From Klebsormidium nitens (Eukaryota; Plantae; Klebsormidiophyceae), in NCBI GenBank assembly GCA_000708835.1, contig DF237717.1, positions 1-34,675 on the forward strand: a stretch of 34,675 nt of DNA, written 5' to 3'. Every line of letters starts with the position of its first letter. Position 1 is the first letter of the stretch. Positions 1 through 11,500 of the stretch are shown here, piece after piece. The translations under genes were made by a program, and so were the position numbers. The notes under the pieces were generated by a model. It was given only the letters and a program-made list of their open reading frames with translations, did not search any database and was not told where the DNA came from.

Positions 1-345
1 AATCATCACGGTGAGGTCAGATAAGAAAGGACTAGGGCCGCGATCATTTTTACTCATTTCCAAACGCTGACTTCTATCGACGGTATCCTAAGGTAGAGAA
101 GAATCATCATCTGACCGCCAGCAAAGACTGACGTGTTCCACCGAACAAGCTCGCTTTTGCATGTTCAAACCGTCGGATGCTGTCGGACTTTTCGGATCGA
201 CGGCTTTAATAAATGGCAGATCGCAGGTCCAGACTCTGGGAGTCTGAGTCTGGGCATAGACCTTCGAAGCTCATGCAGGAGCTTGCGAATGCTTCAAGTT
301 CTAGAGTCTAGCTAGCTAGGGAGGATCTGGGCGGCATTGAAAAAG

Positions 346-2261
346 ATGGCACAGACGGCCTCATCCTACTGCGGCCACCACACCCCCACAGCTTTGCAAT
401 GTAGCAACGAAAGGCGACATAGCAGCTTGCAGTGCGGCAGCCACCTCGGTCCTTTTCTCTCTCCCTTACGGTCGTGCCATCGCCTGCGGTACAATTTTGC
501 CCGGCCTAGCCAGCATCTCAAACTGCAAACACGAAGTGACGTTTCTGTTCGGGCGGCTGTAGACCAGGAGCCAAAGACCGAAAAGGAGCAGAAGGAAAAA
601 GCAGAGGGTCCAGGGGCGTCTGGTCAGCAGGACCCAGAGGAGGTTACGAAAAAGTATGGCTTGGAAGCTGGGCTTTGGCAGGTAACTCTTTTTTGGAAAC
701 TGCACTGTCGCCCTCGCCTCTTGGAGGTAGCTCTTATGAAAAAAGTCGTAGGTTTTGTTTGCTTTGCATGCCAAGTTGAACGGGAGCTCTGCCCCCCCCT
801 CCTTTTCAGGAAAGGGAAAAGTTGTTTCTCCTTATGAGGATGTAGCTTGTGCGCTTTTCTGTCTCGTCGTTGCTGGCAAAAGGAGGACGACACGAACTTG
901 CTGTATTGATTGTTTTTTCAGCGTCCATGTTGGGGGTTTTTGATCTGTCAGTACAGGGTTGTTTTCCCCTCAAAGCTCATACCACCCAGCGTCAGTTCCA
1001 AGGCTGCTTCTGCTCATGAGCAGCAATCCACTCCTGGCAACAGGTTTTGCAGCGAAGTGTACACTTCCACATCGAGTGTCCACTTATGTGCGATTGTCCA
1101 CTTACGTGCAAGTGTTGACTTATGTTGAGCCTGGGACTTGCGTCAAGACTTTTGCAACAGAATGCCCTTGAAAGCTTTTATTTTTTACCCCCAGACTCTG
1201 TGTGATGAAAACTTTTTACCACCATGTGCATCAGTCAGAATGTTTCTGGCTAATCTCTTGCTTTTGTCTGCTATTTTTCTTCAAAGGAGGACTTTGCAAA
1301 TTGTGGCAGTTGGGGAACGTGCCCAGCTTTCTAGCTAGTTCTTGCAATGAGGTGCTCATCTCCAAAAAACGAGTGATTCACTCCTTCTGCAGATATTCAA
1401 AAGCAAGGATGGGGAGACCAGCGAAAGTAAGGGCAAGAGCCGGGGGCAGCAAGCAAAGGATCTTTTAGCAAAATATGGCGTTGCGTACATTGGGACCAGT
1501 GTGGCACTGTCCCTGATCTCCATAACAGTGTGCTATCTGCTGATCAATTCAGGGGTTGACGTGCCTGCGTTGTTGGAGAAGGTAAGGCTGGTTTAGCATT
1601 GTCTGTTTTCAAATTTATCGCGGCTCTTCCTGTTCCTGTCTTTTCTTGCAGCAATGGTCCTTTTCGCCTCCTGAAGCCATTTCAGAGAACTTTCCGATGT
1701 AACGGACATGTCAAGCTTGTTTTTTGGAACTTTCGAGCTGACAGCGGGAGATTGTCTCAGAACCACGCAGTGATTAAAGGTAGGTTGAAAGGTACTGTCC
1801 CTTTCAACCATACAAACTGAAGCGAATGTTTGTTTGGAGTAGCGATGGGTCCCAAGAGCTCTGACACGAGCTCTAATCCTTTTGGAAAGTTCGTCGGGAC
1901 TTGCACACGACGTCAGGACTACAACATCGAACTGTGTAGTCAACAAGCCCAGCCACACACTCTTGTTCCAGTCTAGACTCTGGTTTTGCTCAGCTTGCAG
2001 GTCTTGTTCGAGAGTAAGTTCCTCATAGCTGAGAAACCAGAAGTTTAGGAATCTGTGCATTATCCACTCAAGATTTGTTGCTTTTTGGTGCAGGTGGGCA
2101 TTCACACTAACGAGCAAGGGGAAAAGGTTGGGACCTTTGCCCTAGCATATGCAGCTCACAAGGCTTTGTCGCCCGTTCGTTTCCCACCTACCGTTGCCTT
2201 GACCCCAGTAGTTGCAAACTTCTTTGGCAAGAAAGCAGATGAGAGTGGCGGGGAGAAGTAG
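346..2261 (+). CDS. DUF1279 / FAM210B-like membrane protein, probably plastid-targeted (3 exons, ~230 aa)
   Basis: Exons 346-681, 1393-1581 and 2094-2261 join in phase through GT-AG introns. The protein reads ...EEVTKKYGLEAGLWQ|IFKSKDGE...AKDLLAKYGVAYIGTSVALSLISITVCYLLINSGVDVPALLEK|VGIHTNEQGEKVGTFALAYAAHKALSPVRFPPTVALTPVVANFFGKK. The YGxAY...FALAYAAHKAxSPxRFPPTVALTP pattern is that of plant DUF1279 proteins. The Ser/Arg-rich N-terminus ending in VSVRA resembles a transit peptide (inference). Confidence 0.9.
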
Positions 2262-3519
2262 GATGGTTTAGGACGGCGTTGTATTTTATGTTTTGTGTAC
2301 AGAATTGGAGTCGGCAAGTTAGGTTGGTGACAGAGTGCTATGATATCTGAAGTGGTCAAGAGCGAGTTTTAAACTCGGTGAGTGGACACCAAGTGGTCTT
2401 AATTGCCATAGAAGCTGCTGCGGCTCCTGGTATCATTCATCAACAGGGTTAAATACGGCTTATTTGTTGCCCCATGTTGCGCGAAATAGTATTTTTGTTT
2501 CGGAGAAGATGTTGCGGATCCAGTCTGCGCTGGATGTGGCGTATTACTCCTCCTGAACAATTGTTCGCATTGAAGGTTTCTTGAATGACTGCCCGCGGAC
2601 ACATTGTAAACTATAGACCGGCTCAAGCTAGGTAGAACATTTGCAGGCGGCAGTATATAATATTGAATGTGATTGTGACATGCACTTCCAAGCAGACTGA
2701 GATCCGCGTGACCGTATCAAAGAATTAATATCATAAGCTATACATGCACGTACTGACCGTCATTCGATCATCGGCATGCCGCCCTGGTACGTCTGCCTTG
2801 CAGTGCATGACTCATGCATGTACGCACGATATGCCATATGTTAATTGTATACATGGGCTAGCCGTGCCCGTTGGCCATTGAAGTTGCACTGAGGATTCTT
2901 GCGAGTTAAATATATATGTACAAAATGATCCAGCCCTAGGCTTAAGTTACCGGCCAATTTAATAGATGCCAATGATATATGATGCACCATGCATGCTGAT
3001 TACAACCTACAACTTCATCGTACGTACCCCTGTAATGTCACTGGTAGAAACGATGGGACGCCCGGCGGCCCCAAAAACTAGTAAGCGTGGCGGTCGGTTA
3101 GCAGGCAGCTCGACATGAGTCCCTAGGCAGGGGGGCTGCATGCGATGCAGCTGGCCTAGTATGGGCTAGCGGGGCTGAAGCATCTGAATTGAAGACCGGA
3201 CGGTTTCAACGACAAAGTTAACAAAGTTCCTTTCTTTCATGTCACAAGGTTCCCCACTTGCAATTGTGTTGTCTGTTCTAGATTGACCACCTTTCGCTAT
3301 CAGTATCTGGTTAAGGTGTTCTCGACATTGTGCATTGCCGTTCCATTCTGCAATACCTCCCACTAGGATAATCTGTAGCCTTTTGCAAGACATGATTGCA
3401 CAAGAAGCATAGGGCGGATCGGACATCCGCGTGCTCAATCTCACCTTCTACTTTGGAACGTCCGGGTCACAGGCCAACGTGCTCAACCTTGAGGCTACCT
3501 CAACGACCACGCTTGAAAA

Positions 3520-6226
3520 CTAGATTAAACTTCGAGCCTGCAGATATTCAAGCGCCATGCCGCACGTGACAATGGAGGGCAGCATCATATCGCCGCCGTA
3601 CATGGTTTGTTTCAATTGGGCAAGGTCCATCGTGACAACTTCAATGAACTCTTCGTGATCCTTTTGACCTGGGCTGTTGTCGGGCTGTGAGAGCAGCAAA
3701 CGGGGAAGTCGTCAGCTTCAAGACGCGAGCATGTCTTGATGGAGCAACTTCCTTCTTGGTTTGATCAGAGATGGACTTCGAGGTCCACAAAGTCGATGCA
3801 CGTATTTCTTAATGATTCAAGAAGAGGTTGGACAGCCCGAAAGACAATAGCAGATGCCAAGACCCAGGAGCTGGCAATCACCTCAGCGACCATGTTTTGA
3901 AGTCCTTTAAATTCAAAATCAAAATCGTTCGCGAAACAAAGGTCTAAGGGGGCTCAATGATAACATGTTCCTACTGACAACTATCTCCCCATTCTGTCCC
4001 CGACCCGCCAACTTTCCCATCTGGTGTCCGAAAAAGGCACTTGTGTTCAAAGCAGTGACTATTGAAGGCCTCGGATGGAGCTGGCAACAAACGTAGCCCA
4101 GAAAGTTGTAGTGAGCAGTTCGCTTGGGTAGAGTCTCCGCAGCAATCTCATAACCTACAAAAGCAGTGCACACAAGGACTTGAAGCACTCAAGCACTCGA
4201 AACTCCCACAGCCAGAACTTGAATTGGCAGCCCACCTGTGCATCGAGAACTAGGAACGGCGTGAACCGGTTGCGGCACCACTTGATTTCAAGAAGCCCCG
4301 GGTGCGCCGGGTCGAGCAGCCGCACTAGGTTGCCCCCTTGCAAGTGAACTTCTTCTGAGAGCTCTGCTCGCGCGCACTCCTCCTTGGACCCGTGGGCTTC
4401 TGTCAGGCCGCCAGCTGGCACGCCGTACACCAAATGATTCGCACCCTGGCACGAGGACAAAACCATCAATGGAGAAGGACGGAAAAACAAGAGCAGAAGG
4501 ACGGAACTATATGAGTGGACAGCGCAGCGGCGTTGTGGATCATGGTCGCACCGCTTGTGGAAAAAAACGGGATCGTTCATGGAGAGGAGGATTGAAGTCT
4601 TCAACAAAGTCAGCGTCCACGTTCGGGCCCCTCAACGTTGCACCCAAGGTATTGTCTTCGACGGAGTATTTGATTCGTCTGACAAAGGGGGGACTACAAT
4701 AATAAGTCAAAAATTGTTGAGTTTGCACATGATGCATTGCAGACTGGCCGTGCAACAGCTTGGGTGCGAGGTAAAGGAGCCCAAGACAAAGCCCCACATC
4801 TGCGCTACACGTTGTCTCATACTGTTTAAGTTTGATCGCGCTGCCACTCGGGCTACACTGGCGCCAGTTTAGCCCGAGGCAGCGCGATAAAACTTAACAC
4901 ATACTACCGTCGCCCTGAGGGGGTAATCTGGTGCTTGACAGTTTAAAACACCGACGCTTTGACGCTTCGTGAGACCCCGTAAGAACGGAGGTTGGCAGAC
5001 TTTCATGAGAATTCGTAAGGAAAGGCAAAATGGAGCTCTTTCACGAAGACTCTAATCGCAATCAACGGGAGATCTTGTGAGGAGCCTGCCTTTGCGCCTG
5101 ACATTCACCACACTTTCGAGGAAGAAGTCGTCAAATCTAGTAACCAGGATACTCAAGAATGGCAGCGATTCAAAGCAAGGCATACTTCCCGTTCCGCTTG
5201 CCCCTGACTATGCAGGATGGCACAAAACCGAGCCGCAACTATCGTCACATTTCTCAGCTACTGGTCGGATTCGATCTTACCCCCTGCTACCATTTTACCG
5301 AACACGAAATGCCGTCTACACCGGCGAACGTGCAATGCAGGAAAAAGATCACGTCAACCTGTCAACTATTCTGAAGGGTCACAGCCATACCTGCGAGTAT
5401 TCTCGGACAAGCGTGAAGAGCTTCCGCCGCGTGTCGTACGGGAGCACCGCGCAGAAGTGCGAGGACACCGTCTTGGCCCCAACAACGTCGTACGGAATCA
5501 CTTTCCCCTGTGCCGCAGGGTCGCTGCCGGAGGTGGAGGGATCAGGGGGATACTGCAAACAGGGCGGAAAAAAAGCTCTTACTATTTCTTATCGTTTTTC
5601 TTCCGAATAGCGGAGTGGTTCTCGTGTAGCGAGCCCCTGGAGTTGCAATTGCACAGTTGGTATATCTTTGCTACTGGTCGCCTGAGCACAAAGCCTGGGC
5701 CGCTCGATCCTTCGGCTCACCTCTTTCAGATCACGTTCTGACTTGATCGAAGAGGGCGTCTTCACAACGTCATCACCCGGCCACTTTACCATTGGGGCGC
5801 AAACACTGATACGACTTTTTGATAATAGCTATCAGAAAGCTACGCTCCGATATAATTTTGTGACGTTGGGCAGTTCGGATTCCGGGACGCCCAACTTACG
5901 GGAGTTCTTGATAGATGTAAACTAGGATCTTCAACCTGCTGAGTATATGACGTAGAAACACTTCCTACAATGGGCCAATATCTGAAATAATCCGCCTCTC
6001 TTCACGTAAGCAGCCGACTTCGACACTCGTGCAACCCAAGCATGAATCCGCGAGGGGCCATATATGCAGAATAGCAGTTGGGATTCCCGTGGCTCACCTC
6101 AACAACTCGGTTGTAGACATTTATGTACCTTGAGTAGACGAGCTCCTCTTTGACGATTTTGAACTGGTGCCGATGCAGCGACAACTCCGCATCTGTCTGC
6201 TGAGCGTCCGTCGTGTTTGAAGTCAT
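3520..6226 (-). CDS. Nudix hydrolase, ADP-ribose/ADP-sugar pyrophosphatase (NudF-like) fold; core of 4 exons, ~221 aa if it starts at ATG 6226
   Basis: Minus-strand exons 6226(or 6246)-6098, 5552-5391, 4445-4236 and 3684-3520 are all phase-consistent with GT-AG. The protein reads ...EELVYSRYINVYNRVVE|YPPD...GKVIPYDVVG...FCAVLPYDTRRKLFTLVREYSQ|GANHLVYGVPAGGLTEAHGSKEECARAELSEEVHL...WCRNRFTPFLVLDAQ|PDNSPGQKDHEEFIEVVTMDL...LI*. It has a Nudix-box-like PAGG...AELSEE and a DxEEFIEV loop. The 5' end is uncertain. Confidence 0.82.
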
Positions 6227-6678
6227 GATTGCCCGACCATTCGTGCCTACACAAAGCAATGAAACTTTCCAACCAATGTTGTTTCTACCCCAGATTGTGT
6301 TTCAGAAATTTGACAACGGCGGCCGTCCTCCAGGGGGATCCCTATCTCAAAAGAGTTGTTGGGCCAAAGTTGTCGGACCAAAACTTTGACTGATCTCAAT
6401 ATCTGCCTCTCCCAATCTCCTCTTTATGAACATCCGGTAAAAGCCGCAACACCGTCTCTACCTCTCTTGCCCTTTTAGTGAGGATAGCTTATCCCTTCCC
6501 TCTTCTCTCTTAAGCAGACCTCTTCCCCTCATCTCTCGATCTTTTTCACAACTGCCATGTCGCAAGCGCCGCCTCTACACCTTTTGCCTCACCGCACCAG
6601 AAACTTGCCTGATCTGGCAAGCTGGACATGGCCTGGCCTCTGACATCACGTTTTTAAACCACCGGAAGTCTGTCCTAC

Positions 6679-7712
6679 CTGTTTGTGAATCGAAGAGGGC
6701 AAGAGTCGGCCGAGCGGGGAGCTGCACAAGTGGTGAAAACAGACAGGGTGCGTCAAAATACACTCCAAATCAAAATTCCACCCAGGATCATTCATACAAA
6801 ACTCTGACTCCACATTAATCCCCCACCCGGGATCGTTCCAGGAGAATCACCATTTAATCAATAGCATCTCGATGAGCTGAGACTGAAGACTTTCTGGCGG
6901 GGTCAGGCAATTGCTTCTCCAGTCGCTTCCACCTGAGTATCTGTTGAACGCCAACTTATGTCTGTTCGTTACGGCTATTAAACCCGCCCTCTCCAGCGCG
7001 AATACCTTGAAGCAATACTCCAATTGCAGCATTCGCACACAGAGCTCTGGGCAAAGCACTCAAGATGAAACATCTGCCACTAAAACTCTCTCGATTTAGA
7101 GCTGGTCTAGGATGCTCACTTGTGTGCCGGTCCGCAATGGCTGCCTCCAGAACTGGCTTGTGGACGGACGTCTAAACTTACAGATCCCTGCAAATGGGGA
7201 GGGGCTCTGGTCCAGCTTTTGCCGCACAGCTCCTACAATTGACTATAATAGATCCAGTGTACTTGCCAATCAGCTACTTTGAGCAGATGAGCAGGATGAT
7301 TGTCATGTTGTTGGTAGTGTTCCAGCCATTACACTCCCCGTCTCTCAGTAACTCATTTCCCACAAACCAGAGAACTGTCTGAAAAAGCGGAGTTCCGTAG
7401 AAGGAGAACCACCAGCTCAGCTCAGCTCAGCGCGTAGAACTCGCATTAAAGACATCAAGAAAGTAAAACGAAACTGGAGTCTTTCATATAAGATTGGCTG
7501 AATGCCAGTGGTCACCAGAAAAGCTGCATTCCATGAACTTCTGCAACTTACTCACCTCCTGGACTCACGAGATGCTGCAGGGAGCAAGGCACCAAGCCCC
7601 TGACTGCAGTGGAGAGAGGCATGCATACTACTGAGAGGACAATGCAAGCTGATGCCGCTGCCGCTACGACTTTCCTTCCAAAGTTCCAGTGCCAGTGGCA
7701 TCCATATTCCAT
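6679..7712 (-). CDS. Possible upstream coding exons of the Nudix gene (N-terminal extension with a hydrophobic segment)
   Basis: Exons 7712-7556, 7232-7120 and 6721-6679 chain in phase onto the acceptor at 6246, with donors GTGAGT, GTGAGC and GTAGGA. The acceptor at 7233 is weak, other acceptors exist, and no recognisable domain supports the model. Confidence 0.3.
7413..7431 (+). repeat. Short (CAGCT)n pentanucleotide repeat
   Basis: cagctcagctcagctcagc. Confidence 0.6.
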
Positions 7713-8596
7713 AATATAATCCTGAGCTTTCTCATTTCTGCCTGCCAGAGCTAGAACTAGAGTCACGGGGTTTACTGTGATTACGACGTTAGTATGCAAT
7801 TTAGTAGGCTGCCCCGCGGGCCGCTTTGCAGTGCGGCCGTCCGATGCGGGCCGGAAAGATGAAAGCGACGGTGTTTCAAAGCGCTCATACAGTATCAGGC
7901 AGGCGGCCGCGCCAAGCTGCGGGCGGCCGCCGCGACTGAGGCGTCTGCATGGCCGAAGTGTGATCGAAGAATGAGAAGTGCACCGTCTCAGGATTTGTAG
8001 GTCCTATGAATTGCTACAAAAATGTAGCTGCAGGTAACATGAACCGATCAGCATCTGAACAGATATGTGTTGTTCGACAGAGTCATTTGTACGTCTGGCT
8101 TGCATGCAGCCTGCATGATGAACGAGGTTGACATTCGCTGCGTGACGTGGTCGGCCTTGAGATCTGCGATGACCCCGCCGCCCGGCCCTCTCCACTCATG
8201 TATACGTTTGCCGCGCGCGACGGCGGTATGATTGAGCCTGGACACCGTGCTATTCAGCGTACCAATCCAGACGATCATGCAGACCGTCATCGACCATACG
8301 AGCGTGGCACCATGATCGAGAGGTCGCGGAAAAAGCATACTACGACATGAATCAGGTTGAACCTTTCAAGTACTTACTATGTTTGGTACCTCAATCGCAC
8401 CTGGCATCCCGTCAACGCTGTCCTCAACGGCGATCAGATCCAGTTGACGCCATCATTCGCGAAAGAAGAACTCCTCATCTAACTGAGATCGGGGAGTCAA
8501 CAAGACAGAAATCATGGACTCGACACCGTTCCAAAAGCATTTCTCGTGAACGCGGCAGGTTTGTCTCGGCGCTTTTTATTAAAAGCCGTCATTCAA

Positions 8597-11500
8597 CTAC
8601 GAGCTCTGAAATTGGCTTCGGCTGTACTCCCACGTGGCAATGGCACCGCTGACGTGGACGTTGAGGGAGCGGATGACGCCTAGCTGCGGAATCTCGACGC
8701 ATGCGTCCAAGTGGTGGATCAGATCGGCGGGGATCCCCTCCTTTTCGCGGCCCAAAACGAGCACCGTTTTTCTGAAGAAGGAAAGAAAAACGGGGGTTAG
8801 AGCCTGCATGCAGTCTATCCCGATCAACGGCAGAACGTGACCGATCAGAGATGTGCTCTGCTCTTCTCATCGGCAGAGAGTCGCCGCTTCTTCAAGACAA
8901 GAACGAGGGGTTCTGAGACTGGGAGAACCGTCTTTTGGAAAAGAAAGACAAATCGATCTGCCAAGGTTCCTGCAAAAGACCTTCCCTTTCTACCTGCCCC
9001 CGAGTCTCCCGGATTATTCAGCACGGCCTTCTCTGAAGACAGAACAACTCAATAAGATCTCCACGACAGCTGTCCGGCAGAACTCGAGCACGTCTAATCC
9101 AGCAACCGGCCGAGCTGTCAATCGAATCTCTCAGTATCTCGTTACCAACTTCTTAATTCTGGACCCTCTTTCAAAGTGTTTAGGAAGTGGCACGCCGAAC
9201 CAACACCCTTTGTGCGGCTAGGTTATCGTAAGCTCAACCCGGTTGACAGAGAAAGGCAACCCTTCTGAAATTGCCGCCGGCTCCAACCATTGAGTGCCCA
9301 CACGTCTTCACTTCGAAGCCTTCAAGTTTCCGCCGAAACGTACGTTCGCCAACCCTCAAAGTTGCTTTCGAAGCTGGACCCCTTTCTGTTCTGACCTGAC
9401 ACTTACATGAATATGCGCTCGTTGCTTGCCCAAGTCCTACAGCCCGACCCCTCGACCGTAATCAAAAGCCAATCCGAAGCTCGATTTGGTCTACAGGGCA
9501 TAGAATTCGTATTTTCTCGACACCGGCCCTTTCGTACCAACAGAAGGGGCGGACAATGTGATTACAACGCTGAAAGCCTTGATTGTGAGCCGCCAATTCT
9601 TCGGCTCTCACCTGGGGAAGCGATGCGTGTGCAGCGGCACGCTATTGGCGGTCTGCTCGAGGCCGACGAGCGAGTAGCCCTCGCGCTGCTTGCGCTGCAG
9701 ATACGCCGCCAGGCCGCTCTCGGGGACCTCCAGCAGCGGCACCCACTTGTCTGCGCTCACGCTGCACAAGGAAAAGTGATCGTCAGGGGGACCGCAATAT
9801 TGAGATGGTTAGGAAACCGCGACCTCCTGCGAATTGCCTGTGATACATCGCGTCGCAGCGCCATCCTCAACAGATTGCGTGGAACTCGACATCGCCATTC
9901 CGGAGATCGAGCACTGGTGCGCGTTCTCAGCCGATGCGGTTGCTAATCCCTATGGACGCTCCAAGGTTAAGATTTGAGGAAACGTGCTGGGACATCAAAT
10001 AGACCGGGGCCGGACTTTGCCCAAAAGTTTACATGCATTCCTTAAAAGGCTGCGCAATCTGGAGGGCGTCAGATCCTTTCATCGACTTAGCTGCGTCGTG
10101 CCGGAAAGGAGCCCAAGAGCGCCGTCCCTTCTCAACCTGATCTCCATTACCGGACCCGATACAGTTGGTTCATCTACCTTTGACAGCAAAATATTCTGTC
10201 TTTCCAGCCCTTCTTGACGCTCAATGATGTCTCTTCAACCCGTTGTTGATTCTTTACCCACATTCGAACCTAGCCTGCTCACCTCATGCATTACTCTCCA
10301 CTCAATCATCTACTCTTGCTCTTACCGAAACCATCAGCTCGGCCGGCTACAGTACGTGACCTATTCGTAACCTAACCCACCGTTGACCCACCTGATTAGC
10401 TGGAACTGTCGATCGTCCACGACGCTCTTGTCCGCCACCACCAGCGCGGCCGCCTTGAACACCTCGCAGGTTCGCGCTAACCCGGCCAGGTTAGGGATGC
10501 GCGCAACCAGGCTGGCCACAACAATCAAGTCCTGCCGATTGCCTCTCAGGTCCAAAAGCGCGCGCGTGCGCGCTTCTGCAAACGCCAGCATGACGTCCTC
10601 GTCCAGGTCGGTTTCTGTGGAAGAGGACGGGGTTAAGAACATGGTTAAGTAGTAAATTAGGAAACGAGAAGTTCAAGTTGGGTCAAGTTCAAGCACAGCA
10701 GAACCCGTGCCTCTGCAAATGATAGCAACATTTTCTTCGCCCGGTCGCTTCTTGCAAAGAAATGGAAGATCTGAGAGGAGGGCTGAGACCTAGTTAGGAA
10801 GATGAGCACTGGTTTGAATGCACTGCGGGTTAACAAGCCTTGTTCGAGAAAGTGGCAGTACAGACGAGCCTTTCGAAAAGAGGGGTAGGGAGGCCGCCAC
10901 CTGTACTGATGGATGTGTAAGGAAGGCCCCTTGTGCTAAGTGCCGGCTTCTTGTGTGAGTCAGGACAGAGCATTTGCCTTTTCTCCTTTCAAGCCGTAAA
11001 GAATTGGAGGATTCCCATGCTTCAAGAGGCGTAAGCATCACAAACCGCTAGGTACTTCGACCCAAAGCACCCTCCGAGGGAAGTAACAGATTCCTGTCGC
11101 TTTTGACGAGGGCTTTCCCAGTATCGAAAACCAACGACCTTCAACCACCTGTCTGTTTTTTGAGCGGCGACTGACCAGGCGGCAGCAGCGCCCCCATGTC
11201 GCCCTTGATCTTGCGCTGGTAGTCCCGGGGCGCGCGTGCGCCCTGCTCCTCCTCGTCATCTGCCGCCACGTCAGCTGCCACGTCAGCACTGTCGCCCGAC
11301 CGGGATGGTCGGTCCGATCTGGCCGCGGATTCGACATCGAGGGCGCTCATGTCGGCGGCGGTTTCGGCGCGCAACGCGTCTCGTTGCTCCTGAAAGGGCA
11401 GACAATCTATTGAGTTGAGGCTTTGGGTTCAACTAGCGGTGCGGATCAAGTGTGATGTGTGCTCGGCTGCTTTGGCATCTGACCCACATCTTAGGTCCGA

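Noticed and set aside
1202-1320. C-box-like GTGATGA in DUF1279 intron 1
   Set aside because: There is no D box at a suitable distance.
6575-6600. 17/21 match to the start of putative Nudix exon 7232-7120 (GAVRQKV versus GAVRQKL)
   Set aside because: The similarity does not extend on either side, a stop follows immediately, and it may be chance.
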